A DNA stretch of 64,000 bases, from NCBI GenBank assembly GCA_963771175.1, contig CAVYSY010000026.1:384001-448000 (forward strand), given 5' to 3'. Under the pieces are notes generated by a model, which saw nothing but the letters and a program-made list of their open reading frames with translations, searched no databases and was not told where the DNA came from. Made by a program: the position numbers and the translations under genes. Shown here piece after piece: positions 50,795 through 62,083 of the stretch (position 1 is the first letter of the stretch; each line of letters starts with the position of its first letter). Source of the DNA: an uncultured delta proteobacterium (GTDB taxonomy: Bacteria > Myxococcota > Myxococcia > Myxococcales > Myxococcaceae).

Positions 50795-51238
50795 CTACTC
50801 GTGGACCCGGGTGAGCGTGGAGCTCTGGAAGAAGGAGCCCGCGTACAGCTTCCCATGGGCCATGACGGTCGCTGAACCGGACAGATCGAACCGGGCGACC
50901 TCGCCCGAGAGGGAGACCGTTCCTCGCAAGAGGGTCACGGTGACGGTGAAGCCGCCATCGCTCCGGGTGCAGGTCGCTCCAGGCTCCAGGGTGGCCACCT
51001 CCCCCTCGACGTTCGCGGGCAGGAGACACGTCCCCGCCGCGTCGGAGAAGACGAGGTCCGAGCTCGTTCCCTCCGAGGCGCGAACGGTCTCCGCGAGCAG
51101 GGAGGTGAAGTTGCCGAAGTCCTTGATGCTGTAGTGGGCGGAGCCCGTCAGGGCGTAGGCGCCGTGGAACCGCTGGCCCGAGGGGCCACAGCCCCAGGCG
51201 AAGACCGCGAGCAGGATGAACAGGGCGGGGTTTTTCAT
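50795..51238 (-). CDS. Hypothetical lipoprotein
   Basis: MKNPALFILLAVFAWGC; beta-rich. Confidence 0.72.
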   Translation of the reverse strand: MKNPALFILLAVFAWGCGPSGQRFHGAYALTGSAHYSIKDFGNFTSLLAETVRASEGTSSDLVFSDAAGTCLLPANVEGEVATLEPGATCTRSDGGFTVTVTLLRGTVSLSGEVARFDLSGSATVMAHGKLYAGSFFQSSTLTRVHE

Positions 51239-51361
51239 GATGACTCCGCCCCTGTGCAGGAGCCTTGCCACCGTTGAAGACCGACCCGCCCAGAGAGAGA
51301 CGTCCGCCGAGACAGCCGGCTGCTCGTCCGGAACGTGGGATGGGCATCCCACCCGAGGAAC

Positions 51362-53663
51362 TCAGTCTCCGCGAGGCGGGCCCAGCTCCGGCCTGAGTGC
51401 CATGAGGAGCACCGGACTCAGGAACGCATCCGCCAGACCCGCCACCCACAGCGTCAGCCCCGTGAGCAGTCCCAGGTGGGCAATGCCCTCGAAGCGCGAG
51501 AACTGCAGCAGCAGGAAGCCTCCCGCCACCGCCGCCGAGGTCACGAACATCGCCCGCCCACACTCGTTCAGTGACTCCAGCGCCGCGCGCTGGTGCGGCG
51601 CGTCCGAGCCCCCGGCCTTCAGCGCCAGGTAGCGCCGCTTGAAGCGCACCAGGTACTGCAGCGTGTCGTCATCCGCGATGACCAGCGCCATGCTCGCGAT
51701 GATGACCGTGGAGGGCTTCAGGCTGATGCCCAGCAACGGCATCACTCCGAACAGCACGCCCACCGGCAGCACGTTGGGCACCAGCCCGATGAGCGCCAGC
51801 TTCGCGCTGCGCAGCACCAGGAAGAACGCCAGGAAGCTCACCGCCAGCGCGGACAGGAAGCTCCACAATAGCCCCTGCGTCAGCATCCCCGTCACGTGCT
51901 CGGTCATCGCCAGGTTGCCCGTGACGCTCACGCGGTAGCCCGGCGGCGCCTCTCGCGACACGAACTTCCGCGCCGACTCCACCAGCTCGCGCATCCGCCC
52001 CGCCCCCACGTTGGGCAGCAGCGCCACCACCCCCGCCGCGCTCCGGTCCTCCGACAGCACCGAGTCCAGTGGCTGGTACTTCGCCAACCGCCTCACCGCC
52101 TTCGCCGTGGTCTCCTCCGTCTTCTCGACCGGCCCCAGCGGACCCCACACCGCCTGGTACACCGGCTCCAGCAGGCGAGGCAGGCTCACCACCGGCGGGT
52201 GCTCGGGCAGGGCCGCGAGGTACGCGTCCACCCGCTCCTGGAAGGCGATGGCCTCCGGCGACAGCGCAGCCCCCTCGCGTCCCTTCTCCGGCTCGAGGAA
52301 CACGGCCAGCGGCACCAGTCCTCCGAGCGCCCCCTCCGCGTACGTCAGCTCGGCCGCCAGCGACGAGTCCTGCCGCAGGTCATCGAACACGCGGTACTCG
52401 TGCCGCAGCCGAGTCATGGACAGCACGCTCAGCAGCGCCACCGCCGCCGCCACCGCCATCACCCGCCGGGGACGGTGCACCACCTGCCGCTCCACCCACG
52501 CCAGCACCGAGTCCAGGGGCCGCGTCCGCGCCGCCTTCAGCTCCCGCCGAGCCCGCGCCGCCGAGGCCCGCGAGCGCAGGGAGAGCACCCACGGCAGCAC
52601 CAGCATGTTCGCCGCCCAGACCAGCAGCACGCCCATCGCGGTGGCCAGGCCGAACTCCCACACGGCGGTGAGGCCGATGAAGCCCATGGACAGGAAGCCC
52701 GCGGCGATGACGAGCTCGGTGGCCAGACAGGGCCCGGCCGCGTTCGCCATGGCCTCGACGAGGGCGCGCGCGTACGGCGTCCCCGAGCGGCGGCGCTCCT
52801 CCAGGTCCGACAGCACGTGCACCGTGTCCGTCAGCGACACGATGAGGATGACGATGGGCGCGAACGAGGTGAGCACGCCAAAGGGCACGCCCACCCAGCC
52901 CATCGCCCCCACCATCCACATCCACGCCACCACCAGCGTCGCCGCCGTGGCCAGCACGGACCAGAGGTCGCGGTAGGCGAACGCCACCAGCCCGAGGATG
53001 ACGAGCAGGGCCAGGGGCAGCAGCAGACCCATGTCCTCCTCGACCATGCGGGCCAACGTGGCGCGCACCGCCGGCGCACCCGAGAGCGTCAGCTTCAGCT
53101 CCGCTCCCGCGTGGCGGGTCGAGCAACTCCCCGGCCTGGAGGGAGAAGGCACGCTCGGCGAGAATCCGCTCGGCCCCCGCGCCCGACGCGAGCGACACCT
53201 GAACCACCGCGAGCTCCCGCGTGGGGTGGACCAGCGCGCGGGTCAGCGGCTCCTGCCGGACTCGCGTGAGCGTCTGCCGGAGGCCCTCCACGCTCCCGCG
53301 AGACGCCTCGGGGAAGAGGAGCCCGTCGGCCCCCAGCGCGGAGGCGGGCCCCACCACATGCCGCACACGGGCCAGGCCGCGCAGTTCCTCCTCCAGCTTC
53401 GCCAGCGAGGCCAGTCCTCCGGGAGAGAAGACGCCGGGGCCCTCGGCGATGACGAACACCTGCGAGTCCTCGCCGGGGAAGGCGCGCCGGTAGCGATCGA
53501 AGTCCGTCTTGGCCGCGTCCCCGATGGGGTGCATCCGCTCGATGGAGGGGTCCATCGGCACGCGCGCGGCGCCCAGGCCCGCCACCACGCACAGGGCGAG
53601 CAGGCCCAGGCCCAGGCGCCACCGGTGCGCCAGCAGTCGCTCGAAGAAGGCGAGCCAGGTCAC
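51362..53663 (-). CDS. MMPL/RND-family exporter; frameshift near 53120
   Basis: Two repeats of TM + periplasmic loop + 5 TM; SLTDTVH and IADDDTLQY motifs. Confidence 0.88.
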
Positions 53664-54424
53664 GACCGCTGCCTACGCCCACCCGAGAGGAAGTACAGCA
53701 TCTCCTTGCGGAAGCCGAACGGCTCGCGCGCGTGCGGCGGCAGGCCCAGCGGGGCGGTGGAGGTCTCCGGCTCGGGCCAGCGCACGGTGCCGAAGACGAC
53801 GTCCCACACCGTCAGCGTCCCGCCGTAGTTGCCCTTCCCGTCCCGCCGGTGGTGGTGGCGGTGGTACGCCGGGCTGATGATGAGCCAGTCCAGCCATCCC
53901 AGCGAGTACCCCTGCGCCGAGTGGTGGTACGTCAGCACCACCGAATAGAGCGCGAAGTAGAGCTGCACCGACACGGGCGAGAAGCCCAGCCCCGCCAGCA
54001 GGGCCACGAGCGCCGTGCCCGACAGCACCACCTCCAGCGCGTGCGTGTGCGTCACCATCCAGACGCTGAAGTGCTCCTCGCGGTGGTGCTGGAAGTGGAA
54101 GCGCCACAGGTAGGGGTGCTGGTGCTTCACCCAGTGGCTCGTCCAGCTCACCAGCTCGGCGACCAGCATGCAGGCCACGAAGTCCACCACCGGGGGCAGC
54201 GTCCCCGGCCGCATCAGCGTCGGCAGGTGCGCGTGGAACCAGGACGCCGCGGACTGCACCACCATCGTCGGGATGAAGCTGGTGACGAAGAAGGCCCAGT
54301 TGCGCCGTCGCCTCGGCCCCGCTCCGAAGCTGTCCGCCCGGAACTGCGGGTCGCGCAGCTCCAGCAGCACCAGCGTCAGCATCGCCAGGGCCGTCCCGGT
54401 GTGAATCATTCCCACGGTGTTCAT
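53660..54424 (-). CDS. Sterol desaturase/fatty acid hydroxylase family protein
   Basis: His boxes HWVKH, HFQHH, YHHS, HRHHH; KGNYG..WDVVFGT. Confidence 0.92.
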   Translation of the reverse strand: MNTVGMIHTGTALAMLTLVLLELRDPQFRADSFGAGPRRRRNWAFFVTSFIPTMVVQSAASWFHAHLPTLMRPGTLPPVVDFVACMLVAELVSWTSHWVKHQHPYLWRFHFQHHREEHFSVWMVTHTHALEVVLSGTALVALLAGLGFSPVSVQLYFALYSVVLTYHHSAQGYSLGWLDWLIISPAYHRHHHRRDGKGNYGGTLTVWDVVFGTVRWPEPETSTAPLGLPPHAREPFGFRKEMLYFLSGGRRQRS

Positions 54425-54614
54425 CCGTCAACAAGACTTGCACGAGCCGGGCCGGGGCGCACCACCCTCCTCCTTCCCTCGGGCCCCGGGTAGGACGGGG
54501 GCGTACCCGAGCAGGGCGAGACACGGAGGCCGTGCAGAGGGCAGCATTTGCTACAGCGGCCAGCCGCCCTGGAACGCAGTGGGACCCGACTCTGCCCTAC
54601 ACGGACAACTGACG

Positions 54615-55100
54615 ATGGCCACGCCCATGAGCCTCCTGCTCGAAGAGGTCTCCCGCGACCACTTCCCGTCCCCCCCCGCCACTCCCGAGGAGCTCGAGAC
54701 ATTCGAACAACGGGTGGGCTGGAGGTTGGACCCGGACCTGCGCGCCTTCTACCTGCATTGCAACGGGGCGGAGTTGTTCAAGCAGCGGCCGGGTTGCCCC
54801 TACCGCATCCTCCCCTTGTCCGAGATCATTCGGGCGCGAGTAGCCATCTACGACGAGGATGACGACCAGTGGGGTCCCGCCTCCGTGTACGCCCTCTGCT
54901 ACGTGCAGGACGGCGATTACGTGTTGGTGGATGTGGGCCGCCAGGAGAACGGCCGCTATCCTCTCATCGACGGCTGGCATGAGGCTTGGCCGGACCCGAA
55001 GCAGTGCGGCCAGATCGCCAGTTCCTTCTCGGAGTTCTTGAAAGCGGCGCTGCGGAGCAAGGGACGCCAATTCTGGTTGAAGCGTGCAACCGAGCGTTGA
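54615..55100 (+). CDS. SMI1/KNR4 (SUKH) family immunity protein
   Basis: PATPEELETFEQRVGWRLDPDLRAFYLHCNG..IASSFSEFL. Confidence 0.9.
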   Translation: MATPMSLLLEEVSRDHFPSPPATPEELETFEQRVGWRLDPDLRAFYLHCNGAELFKQRPGCPYRILPLSEIIRARVAIYDEDDDQWGPASVYALCYVQDGDYVLVDVGRQENGRYPLIDGWHEAWPDPKQCGQIASSFSEFLKAALRSKGRQFWLKRATER

Positions 55101-55153
55101 TTGCCCGGCAGTCCTTTGACCCCGTTCTCGTTGGCCCCGGGTATCCTCCCGCC

Positions 55154-55741
55154 ATGCTCTCCGCACGCTCTCCCGCAGCTTCCTACGTGCTCATCGACGC
55201 CGAGAACGTCGACTGGGCCGTGTCCAATGTCGTGGGACGAAAGCCCGAACCCCAGGACCGGATGCAGTTCGATCGTCTGGTCGCCTTCTGTGAGAACCAC
55301 TTCCCCGCCCCCGTGCGCTGCATCGTGGTGCTGAACGCCCGGGGTGAACAACTGCCCGACGTGATGATCGGCTTCGTGCGGGCCCTGAAGACCGCCGGTT
55401 GCGAGGTGGCGCTCCTCTATGGCCGGCCCGACCAGAAGGTGGTGGACCTGGGCATCCTCAAGCTCCTGGAGTCCATCCGCACCCAGCGCCCCAAGGCCGC
55501 GGTCGCGCTCGCCAGCCATGACGGGGCCGACTTCGCGGACGCCCTGCGCCCGCTGCTCGAGGAGAAGCGGCAGGTGGCCATCCTCGGGCTGCGCGAGTAC
55601 GTGAGCCAGCGGTTCCGCGAGCTCGTCCCGGCCGGGCTGGAGATCCTCGACCTCGAGCTGAACGCCAAGGTGTTCCAGCGACCGCTGCCGCGCCTGCTCC
55701 CCATCCGCGTGGACGAGTTCGACCCCTCGTTCTTCCTGTAG
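55154..55741 (+). CDS. NYN (PIN-like) domain protein
   Basis: LIDAENVD, KVVDLGI, LASHDGADF. Confidence 0.85.
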   Translation: MLSARSPAASYVLIDAENVDWAVSNVVGRKPEPQDRMQFDRLVAFCENHFPAPVRCIVVLNARGEQLPDVMIGFVRALKTAGCEVALLYGRPDQKVVDLGILKLLESIRTQRPKAAVALASHDGADFADALRPLLEEKRQVAILGLREYVSQRFRELVPAGLEILDLELNAKVFQRPLPRLLPIRVDEFDPSFFL

Positions 55742-55772
55742 CCCGGCGCCAGCCGACCCCGTGCGCCTTCCG

Positions 55773-57008
55773 TCAGCGCGCCACGGGGGCGGGGGTTCGC
55801 GCTTCGGGGGCCTCGTCCTTCTCGCCCCCGAGCGTGACCAGGGACAGCACACAGCTCGTCACGGCGCATGCGCCCATCACGCCCGCCATGGGGAGCATGG
55901 AGCCGTCATTGAGGAGCCCGACGAGCGACGATGCCCCGGCGGACGTGGCGAACTGCACGGCGCCGAGCACGGCGGACGCCACACCCGCTCGCGCTCCGTG
56001 CTCCTCCAGGGCCAGTGCCGTCATGTTCGGCCCCACGAAGCCGAGGCTCGAGATGAAGAGGAACAAGGAGGGGGCGAGGGTGAGGACAGTCCCCGTCCCG
56101 GTCACGGCCAGCCCCACGAGGACGGCGCCCGCCAGGACCATCACGAGCGCCGCCGCGAGGGCGATTCGCGCGGGCGAGAACCGGGCCAGCAACCGCCGGT
56201 TGAGCTGCGACGCGGCGATGAGCCCCAGGGCGTTCAACCCGAAGAGCCAGGCGAAGCGCTCCGGCGAGACGTGGTGGATCTCCATGAACACGAAGGGCGA
56301 GCCGGAGATGTAGGCGAACATGCCCGACTGCGAGAAACCGCCGGCGAGCGTGGCGAAGAGGAACCGCCGGTCGGAGAGGACGGCGCGGAGGTTCGTCCCG
56401 AACGAGCCAGGGCTTCCCGACTGCCCGGAGTGGGGCGCTGTCCGAGGAATCACCGCGACCGAGAACACCAGGGCGACGACGCCGATGACGGCGAGCACCG
56501 CGAAGATGGCCCTCCACCCGGCGAGGCCGAGCACCCAGCCCCCGAGGATCGGCGCGAGGATGGGAGCCGCCCCCATCGTCAGCATGAGCAGGGAGAGCAC
56601 GCGTGCGACGTCGCGGCCCTTGTAGAGGTCGCGGACGACGGCACGCGCGATGACCGGCCCACAGGCCCCGCCCACCGCCTGGAGGAACCGGAGCGCGATG
56701 AGCCACTGGATGCTCGGCGCGAACGCACAGGCGGCGGACGCGAGGATGTAGAGCACGACTCCCGCGAGGAGGGGGCGTCGGCGTCCGAACCGGTCCGAGA
56801 GCGGGCCGTAGGCGAGCTGGCCGAGTCCCAACCCCGCGATGAACGCCGCCAGGGTGAGCTGGACCGCGGTGGCGGACGTCGCGAGCTCTCCCTGGATGGT
56901 GGGCAGGCTCGGCAGGTACATGTCGATCGACAGCGGGCCGAACGCCGTCAGCGCGCCCAGCACGAGCATCAACAGCACATGTCGCGGAGGCGAGGAGGGA
57001 GGACTCAT
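55773..57008 (-). CDS. Bcr/CflA family multidrug MFS transporter
   Basis: PLSIDMYLP, GPLSDRFGRRRP, ARAVVRDLY. Confidence 0.93.
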   Translation of the reverse strand: MSPPSSPPRHVLLMLVLGALTAFGPLSIDMYLPSLPTIQGELATSATAVQLTLAAFIAGLGLGQLAYGPLSDRFGRRRPLLAGVVLYILASAACAFAPSIQWLIALRFLQAVGGACGPVIARAVVRDLYKGRDVARVLSLLMLTMGAAPILAPILGGWVLGLAGWRAIFAVLAVIGVVALVFSVAVIPRTAPHSGQSGSPGSFGTNLRAVLSDRRFLFATLAGGFSQSGMFAYISGSPFVFMEIHHVSPERFAWLFGLNALGLIAASQLNRRLLARFSPARIALAAALVMVLAGAVLVGLAVTGTGTVLTLAPSLFLFISSLGFVGPNMTALALEEHGARAGVASAVLGAVQFATSAGASSLVGLLNDGSMLPMAGVMGACAVTSCVLSLVTLGGEKDEAPEARTPAPVAR

Positions 57009-57187
57009 TCGAGCCTCTCTAACGGCCGGTGCACGGGTTGACCAGCGACCGCCAGAGAGCCACCCATAAGCACACCTACTGACCGTGAGCGGAGCGGGCC
57101 CCACTCGGCAGGGCCCTCCGGGGGCGAGCGGGAGGCCGAGCGGATTCCCAGGGCGAGCAGCCCGGCCATGCCCATATATGTAGGCGC

Positions 57188-58831
57188 ATGCTCCACGTAA
57201 TTCCCCTCGGAGGACTGGGTGAGATTGGCCTCAACGCCATGGTCATCGCCTGCCGCGGGGAGATGCTCCTCATCGACTGCGGCCTGATGTTCCCCCCCAT
57301 CGGCACCCTGGGCGTGGACATCATCGTCCCCGACTTCTCCTACCTCCGGCAGAACGCCGCCCTGCTCAAGGGCATCGTCCTCACCCACGGCCACGAGGAC
57401 CACGTCGGCGCCCTGCCCTTCCTGCTCAACGAGGTGCCCGTCCCCGTCTACGGCACGCGCTTCACCCTCGCCATGGTGCGCAACCGGCTGGAGGAGCTGG
57501 GCATCAAGGCGGACCTGCGCGAAATCGAGCCCCGCCACCCCTTCCCCGTGGGCTCGCACTTCACCGTCGAGGCCAGCCGCGTCACCCACACCGTGCCGGA
57601 CGCGGTGGGCTACATCGTCCGCACCCCCGAGGGCCCCGTCATCCACACCGGGGACTTCAAGCTCGACCCGGACCCCATCGACGGCCAGCGCACCGACCTG
57701 GAGCGCTGGGGCGAGCTCGGAGACGAGGGCGTGCTCTGCCTGCTGTCCGACTCCACCAACTCCGAGCGCACCCACGAGACGGGCAGCGAGCGCGTGGTGG
57801 AGCAGACCTTCGAGCGGCTCTTCCGCGATGTACCGGGCCGCATCGTGGTGGGCATGTTCGCCTCCCAGGTGCACCGCATCCAGCACCTGTTGGAGCTCGC
57901 CCGGAAGCTGGAGCGCAAGGTGGTGACGATGGGCCGCAGCATGGCGCGCAACATCGAGATGGCGCGCCAGCTCGGCTTCCTCCCGTCCGCCTCCGACGCC
58001 CTCTTCGTCTCGCTCGACGACGCGGCCAGACTGCCTCCCGAGCGCCTGCTGGTGCTCGCCACCGGCTCCCAGGCCGAGCCCCGTGCCGGGCTCGCCCAGC
58101 TCGCCGCCCGTGACGGCCCCGTGCGCCTGGGCCCCGGGGACATGGTCGTCCTCAGCGCCAAGGCCATCCCCGGCAACGAGCGCGCCGTGTCCGGCCTCAT
58201 CGACCAGCTCCTGTGGAGCGGCGCCCGCGTCGTCTACCCGGACATCGAGCCCGGGGTGCACGTCTCCGGCCACGCCAGCCAGCCCCAGCAGCGGCGGGTG
58301 CTGGACCTGGTGCGCCCCAAGAACTTCGTCCCCATCCACGGCGAGCTGCACCACCTCCACCGACATCTCGCGACCGCGAAGGAGTCCGGGCTGGAGCCCG
58401 CGCAGCTCCTGCTGGCCCAGGACGGGGACCTGCTCGTCTTCGAGGAGGGCCAGGGCCGTTTCTCGGGCAGCGTCCCCACCGGCCGCATCTACCGGGACCG
58501 CTTCGGCAATGGGGTGGTGACGCCCGACATCCTCCAGGAGCGCACCCGGCTGGCCGAGACGGGCTTCATCGTGGCCGTCCTCGTCATCGCCCGGGACACC
58601 CTGTCCGTGATGGCGGGGCCGAACCTCTCGGGCCAGGGGCTGAACCTCGACGAGCAGGTGCTGCTGCCCCGGGTGGCCGAGGACGCCCGCGCCTTCTTCC
58701 TGCAGATGTCCCCCCAGCTCCGGGGGGACGACGCCATGGCGCGCGAGGAGCTGGCCCGTTCGGTGCGCCGGGCCTTCAAGCTGTATACAGCCAAGCGGCC
58801 CGTGGTGGTGCCGATGGTCATCAAGGTGTGA
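57188..58831 (+). CDS. rnj: Ribonuclease J
   Basis: PLGGLGEIGLN, THGHEDHVG, HTGDFK, DSTN, HVSGHA, PIHGE. Confidence 0.95.
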   Translation: MLHVIPLGGLGEIGLNAMVIACRGEMLLIDCGLMFPPIGTLGVDIIVPDFSYLRQNAALLKGIVLTHGHEDHVGALPFLLNEVPVPVYGTRFTLAMVRNRLEELGIKADLREIEPRHPFPVGSHFTVEASRVTHTVPDAVGYIVRTPEGPVIHTGDFKLDPDPIDGQRTDLERWGELGDEGVLCLLSDSTNSERTHETGSERVVEQTFERLFRDVPGRIVVGMFASQVHRIQHLLELARKLERKVVTMGRSMARNIEMARQLGFLPSASDALFVSLDDAARLPPERLLVLATGSQAEPRAGLAQLAARDGPVRLGPGDMVVLSAKAIPGNERAVSGLIDQLLWSGARVVYPDIEPGVHVSGHASQPQQRRVLDLVRPKNFVPIHGELHHLHRHLATAKESGLEPAQLLLAQDGDLLVFEEGQGRFSGSVPTGRIYRDRFGNGVVTPDILQERTRLAETGFIVAVLVIARDTLSVMAGPNLSGQGLNLDEQVLLPRVAEDARAFFLQMSPQLRGDDAMAREELARSVRRAFKLYTAKRPVVVPMVIKV

Positions 58832-58848
58832 TAAGGGCGCGAACTGCC

Positions 58849-59346
58849 ATGCCTTCCTTCGACGTCGTCTCCAAAATCGACATTGCCGAGTTGGACAACG
58901 CGGTCAACCAGACCAAGAAGGAGATCTCCACGCGCTACGACTTCCAGGGCGTCAACGGGGATGTCGTGCTCGCTCCGGACAAGACCTCCCTCACGGTGAA
59001 GGCCAACAGTGAGGAGAAGGTCCAGGCCGCCAAGGAGGTCCTGCTCAGCAAGCTGGCCAAGCGCGGCATCCCGCTGATGGCGCTGGAGTACGAGCCCATC
59101 GAGAAGACGGGCCTGTCCAACGTGAAGCAGCTCATCAAGCTGCAGCAGGGCATTCCGGTGGAGAAGTCCAAGGAGCTGGTGAAGCTCCTCAAGGACTCCA
59201 AGATGAAGGTGCAGGGCTCCATCCAGGGAGACCAGCTCCGCGTCACGGGCAAGAACAGGGACGATCTCCAGGCCGCCATCGCCCTCTTCCGCAAGGAAGC
59301 GGATCGGCTGAAGCTCGACATGCAGTTCACCAACTTCCGGGACTAG
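58849..59346 (+). CDS. yajQ: YajQ family c-di-GMP/nucleotide-binding protein
   Basis: MPSFDVVS..RYDF..IQGDQLRVTGK..QFTNFRD. Confidence 0.96.
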   Translation: MPSFDVVSKIDIAELDNAVNQTKKEISTRYDFQGVNGDVVLAPDKTSLTVKANSEEKVQAAKEVLLSKLAKRGIPLMALEYEPIEKTGLSNVKQLIKLQQGIPVEKSKELVKLLKDSKMKVQGSIQGDQLRVTGKNRDDLQAAIALFRKEADRLKLDMQFTNFRD

Positions 59347-59348
59347 CC

Positions 59349-60443
59349 GTGCGCTCACTCGTCGTTTCCGTCCTCCTCGCAGCGCTCGTGCCGGTAGCCG
59401 CCTCCGCCCAGGAGGAGCAGGCCCCGCCGCAGCAGCGCCCGAACAAGGTCGTGCCCTCGCTCGCCCGAGCGCCGAAGCTGGACGGGCAGCTCAAGGACTT
59501 CCCGGGCACGCTGACCCTCAAGCCGCGGACGTCGGAGGGCGCGAGCGCCTCCTTCACCGCCCGTGTGGGGTGGCGCAAGGACACCCTGTATGTGGGGGTG
59601 GAGGCCACGGACGAGCAGCTCCAGGCCGGGGACGTGCTCACCCTGAGCCTCTTCTTCCCCGACGCGGGGGCGGCCGCCACCGGCCACGTCTTCCGCTTCG
59701 GCTTCGACGGCAAGCGCGCCTCGCCGCCCGAGAGCGGCACCTCCGAGTTCGCCCAGAAGCTGGTGGACGCGGGCGTGCAGCGCAAGGACAACACCCTGGC
59801 GCTCGAGCTGGCCATCCCCGCCCGCGCCTTCCCGCGCTTCCCCGCGACGGAGCCGCTCGTCCTCGACCTGTGCGTCACCTTCGGCACCGTCTCCAACTGC
59901 AAGGACGGCGGCATGGTGGGCGAGGTGCTCCGGCTGCCGGACGACTTCCGCAAGGGCCTGAAGCTGAAGCCGCCCGAGGACGTGATGGCGCTCGCCGGGC
60001 AGCCGGACGGCTGGCTGGGCTACGGAGTGCTCCACTACCCGGCCTGGGTGGAGGCGGACACGAAGCTGACGCCCGGCCTGCTGCGCGCGCTGGTGACGCC
60101 CAACCCGGTGGAGGCGGAGACGGTGGGCGTGAATGTGCCGGAGACCCTCTCCCTGCCGGATGGACGCCCCCTCCTCGTGGTGTTGTCGGGCGAGCTGCCC
60201 TACACCCAGAACGGCCAGGGCTGTGACTCGGACAAGGAATTGCGCCTCGGCCTCTACCTGGCGAAGGGGAAGACGGCGCAACGGGTGCTCGAATGGCCGG
60301 CCGCTACGTGTGCGCTGGGACGAGCCACCTCGGTGGTGCTCGATGAAGAGGGCGCGTTGAGCATTGGTTACTCGAACGGCCCGACCATCAACTTTGCTTG
60401 GAGTGGTGACCACTTCGAGCGGACCGAACTCGGAAAGCGGTAA
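59349..60443 (+). CDS. Secreted hypothetical protein (CBM9/DOMON-like N-terminus)
   Basis: Signal peptide; [26 protein letters not shown]. Confidence 0.65.
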   Translation: MRSLVVSVLLAALVPVAASAQEEQAPPQQRPNKVVPSLARAPKLDGQLKDFPGTLTLKPRTSEGASASFTARVGWRKDTLYVGVEATDEQLQAGDVLTLSLFFPDAGAAATGHVFRFGFDGKRASPPESGTSEFAQKLVDAGVQRKDNTLALELAIPARAFPRFPATEPLVLDLCVTFGTVSNCKDGGMVGEVLRLPDDFRKGLKLKPPEDVMALAGQPDGWLGYGVLHYPAWVEADTKLTPGLLRALVTPNPVEAETVGVNVPETLSLPDGRPLLVVLSGELPYTQNGQGCDSDKELRLGLYLAKGKTAQRVLEWPAATCALGRATSVVLDEEGALSIGYSNGPTINFAWSGDHFERTELGKR

Positions 60444-60448
60444 GAGCT

Positions 60449-61861
60449 GTGCAGAATCCCCCTGAGACCAAGAGCCTCTACATGATGACCCTCGGCTGCC
60501 CGAAGAACCGGGTGGACTCCGAGGTGATGCTCGGCACGCTGAAGCAGCGGGGTTACTCGCTGGTACAGGACCCCGCCGCGGCCCAGGTCATCGTCGTCAA
60601 CACCTGCGCCTTCATCGGACCCGCCAAGCAGGAGTCCGTGGACTCCATCCTGGAGATGGCCGAGCTCAAGAAGTCGGGGACGTGCAGCACGCTCGTCGTC
60701 ACCGGCTGCCTCTCGCAGCGCTACGGCGCCGAGCTGGCCAAGGAGATGCCCGAGGTGGACCACTTCCTCGGCACCAGCGCCTACGCGCAGATTGGCGACC
60801 TGCTCGCCGCCGAGGCCAGCCCGCGGCAGGTGATTCCGGACCCGGACTACATCCACGACGCGCAGACGCCGCGCGAGAACTCGATGCCCGTCCTACACGG
60901 CGTACCTGAAGATCTCCGAGGGCTGCGACAACGCGTGCGCCTTCTGCATCATCCCCACGCTGCGCGGTGGCCAGCGCTCGCGCCCCATCGCGGACATCGT
61001 CGCCGAGGCCCAGCGGCTCGCCGAGCAGGGCGTGCAGGAGCTGAACCTGGTGGCGCAGGACCTGACGGCCTACGGGCACGACCTGCCGGGCAAGCCGAAG
61101 CTGCATGACGCTGCTGCGCGAGCTGGTGAAGGTGGACGTGCGGTGGATCCGCCTGCACTACGCCTACCCGCGCGTCTTCACCGACGAGCTCATCGAGCTG
61201 ATGGCGACGGAGAAGAAGATCGCCAAGTACCTGGACATGCCGCTGCAGCACGCGAGCGACAAGCTGCTGCTGTCGATGAAGCGCGGCCGGGACTCGAAGT
61301 TCCTCAAGGAGCTGCTGGCGAAGCTGCGCGCGCGGGTGCCGGGGCTGGTGATGCGCACCTCGATGATCGTCGGCCTGCCCGGCGAGACCGAGGAGGACTT
61401 CGAGATGCTCAAGGAGTTCGTGAAGGAGCAGCGCTTCGAGCGGCTCGGCGTGTTCCAGTACTCGGACGAGGAAGGCACGGCCGCGTACGACTACGAGAAC
61501 AAGGTGCCGAAGCAGACCATCGAGCGGCGCTGGCGCGAGGTGATGGCCATCCAGAAGCGCATCAACCGCGAGCAGAACAAGAAGCTCGTGGGGCAGCGGA
61601 TTGAGGTGCTGGTGGAGGGCCCGAGCGAGGAGTCCGAGCACCTGCTGGTGGGCCGCACCGAGGGCCAGGCGCCGGAGATCGACGGTCATGGTCTACATCA
61701 ACGACGGCCTGGCGTACCCGGGCGAGTTCGTCACCGTCGAGGTGACGGAGGCGCACGACTACGACCTGGTGGGCAAGGTGGTCGAGCGCCCCAACCCGAA
61801 GGACCGCGTGCACAAGCCGCGCGAGTCCTTCCCGATGCCGGTGGTGACGTCGCCGCGCTGA
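60449..61861 (+). CDS. rimO: Ribosomal protein S12 methylthiotransferase; frameshifts near 60890, 61105, 61688
   Basis: [44 protein letters not shown] (TRAM). Confidence 0.95.
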
Positions 61862-61900
61862 TGTACCGCTGAGTGGCGCACAGCGCCGCTCCTGGTAGTC

Positions 61901-61955
61901 ACAGGCCCGGAAGGCTCCTCGAATTGTGAGGAGCCCGCCGGGCCTGTTCGCTTCT
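61901..61955 (+). terminator. Long hairpin after rimO
   Basis: acaggcccgg-aa-ggctcctc-loop-gaggagcc-cg-ccgggcctgt followed by T-rich tcgcttct. Confidence 0.65.
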
Positions 61956-62083
61956 GGGATGCCGCGTGCCACATCCGGACACGAGGTGGCGCCCGGTGCT
62001 CCTCCCTCGGACGGGAAACAGGGCGGGCCGCGCCTCCTGCCTCGGGCTGGCGCTAGAGTTGCACCAGCTCGGTGCCAGCCCCT

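Noticed and set aside
58213..59346. 377-aa YajQ fusion
   Set aside because: The upstream part is an alternative frame of rnj; YajQ starts at 58849.
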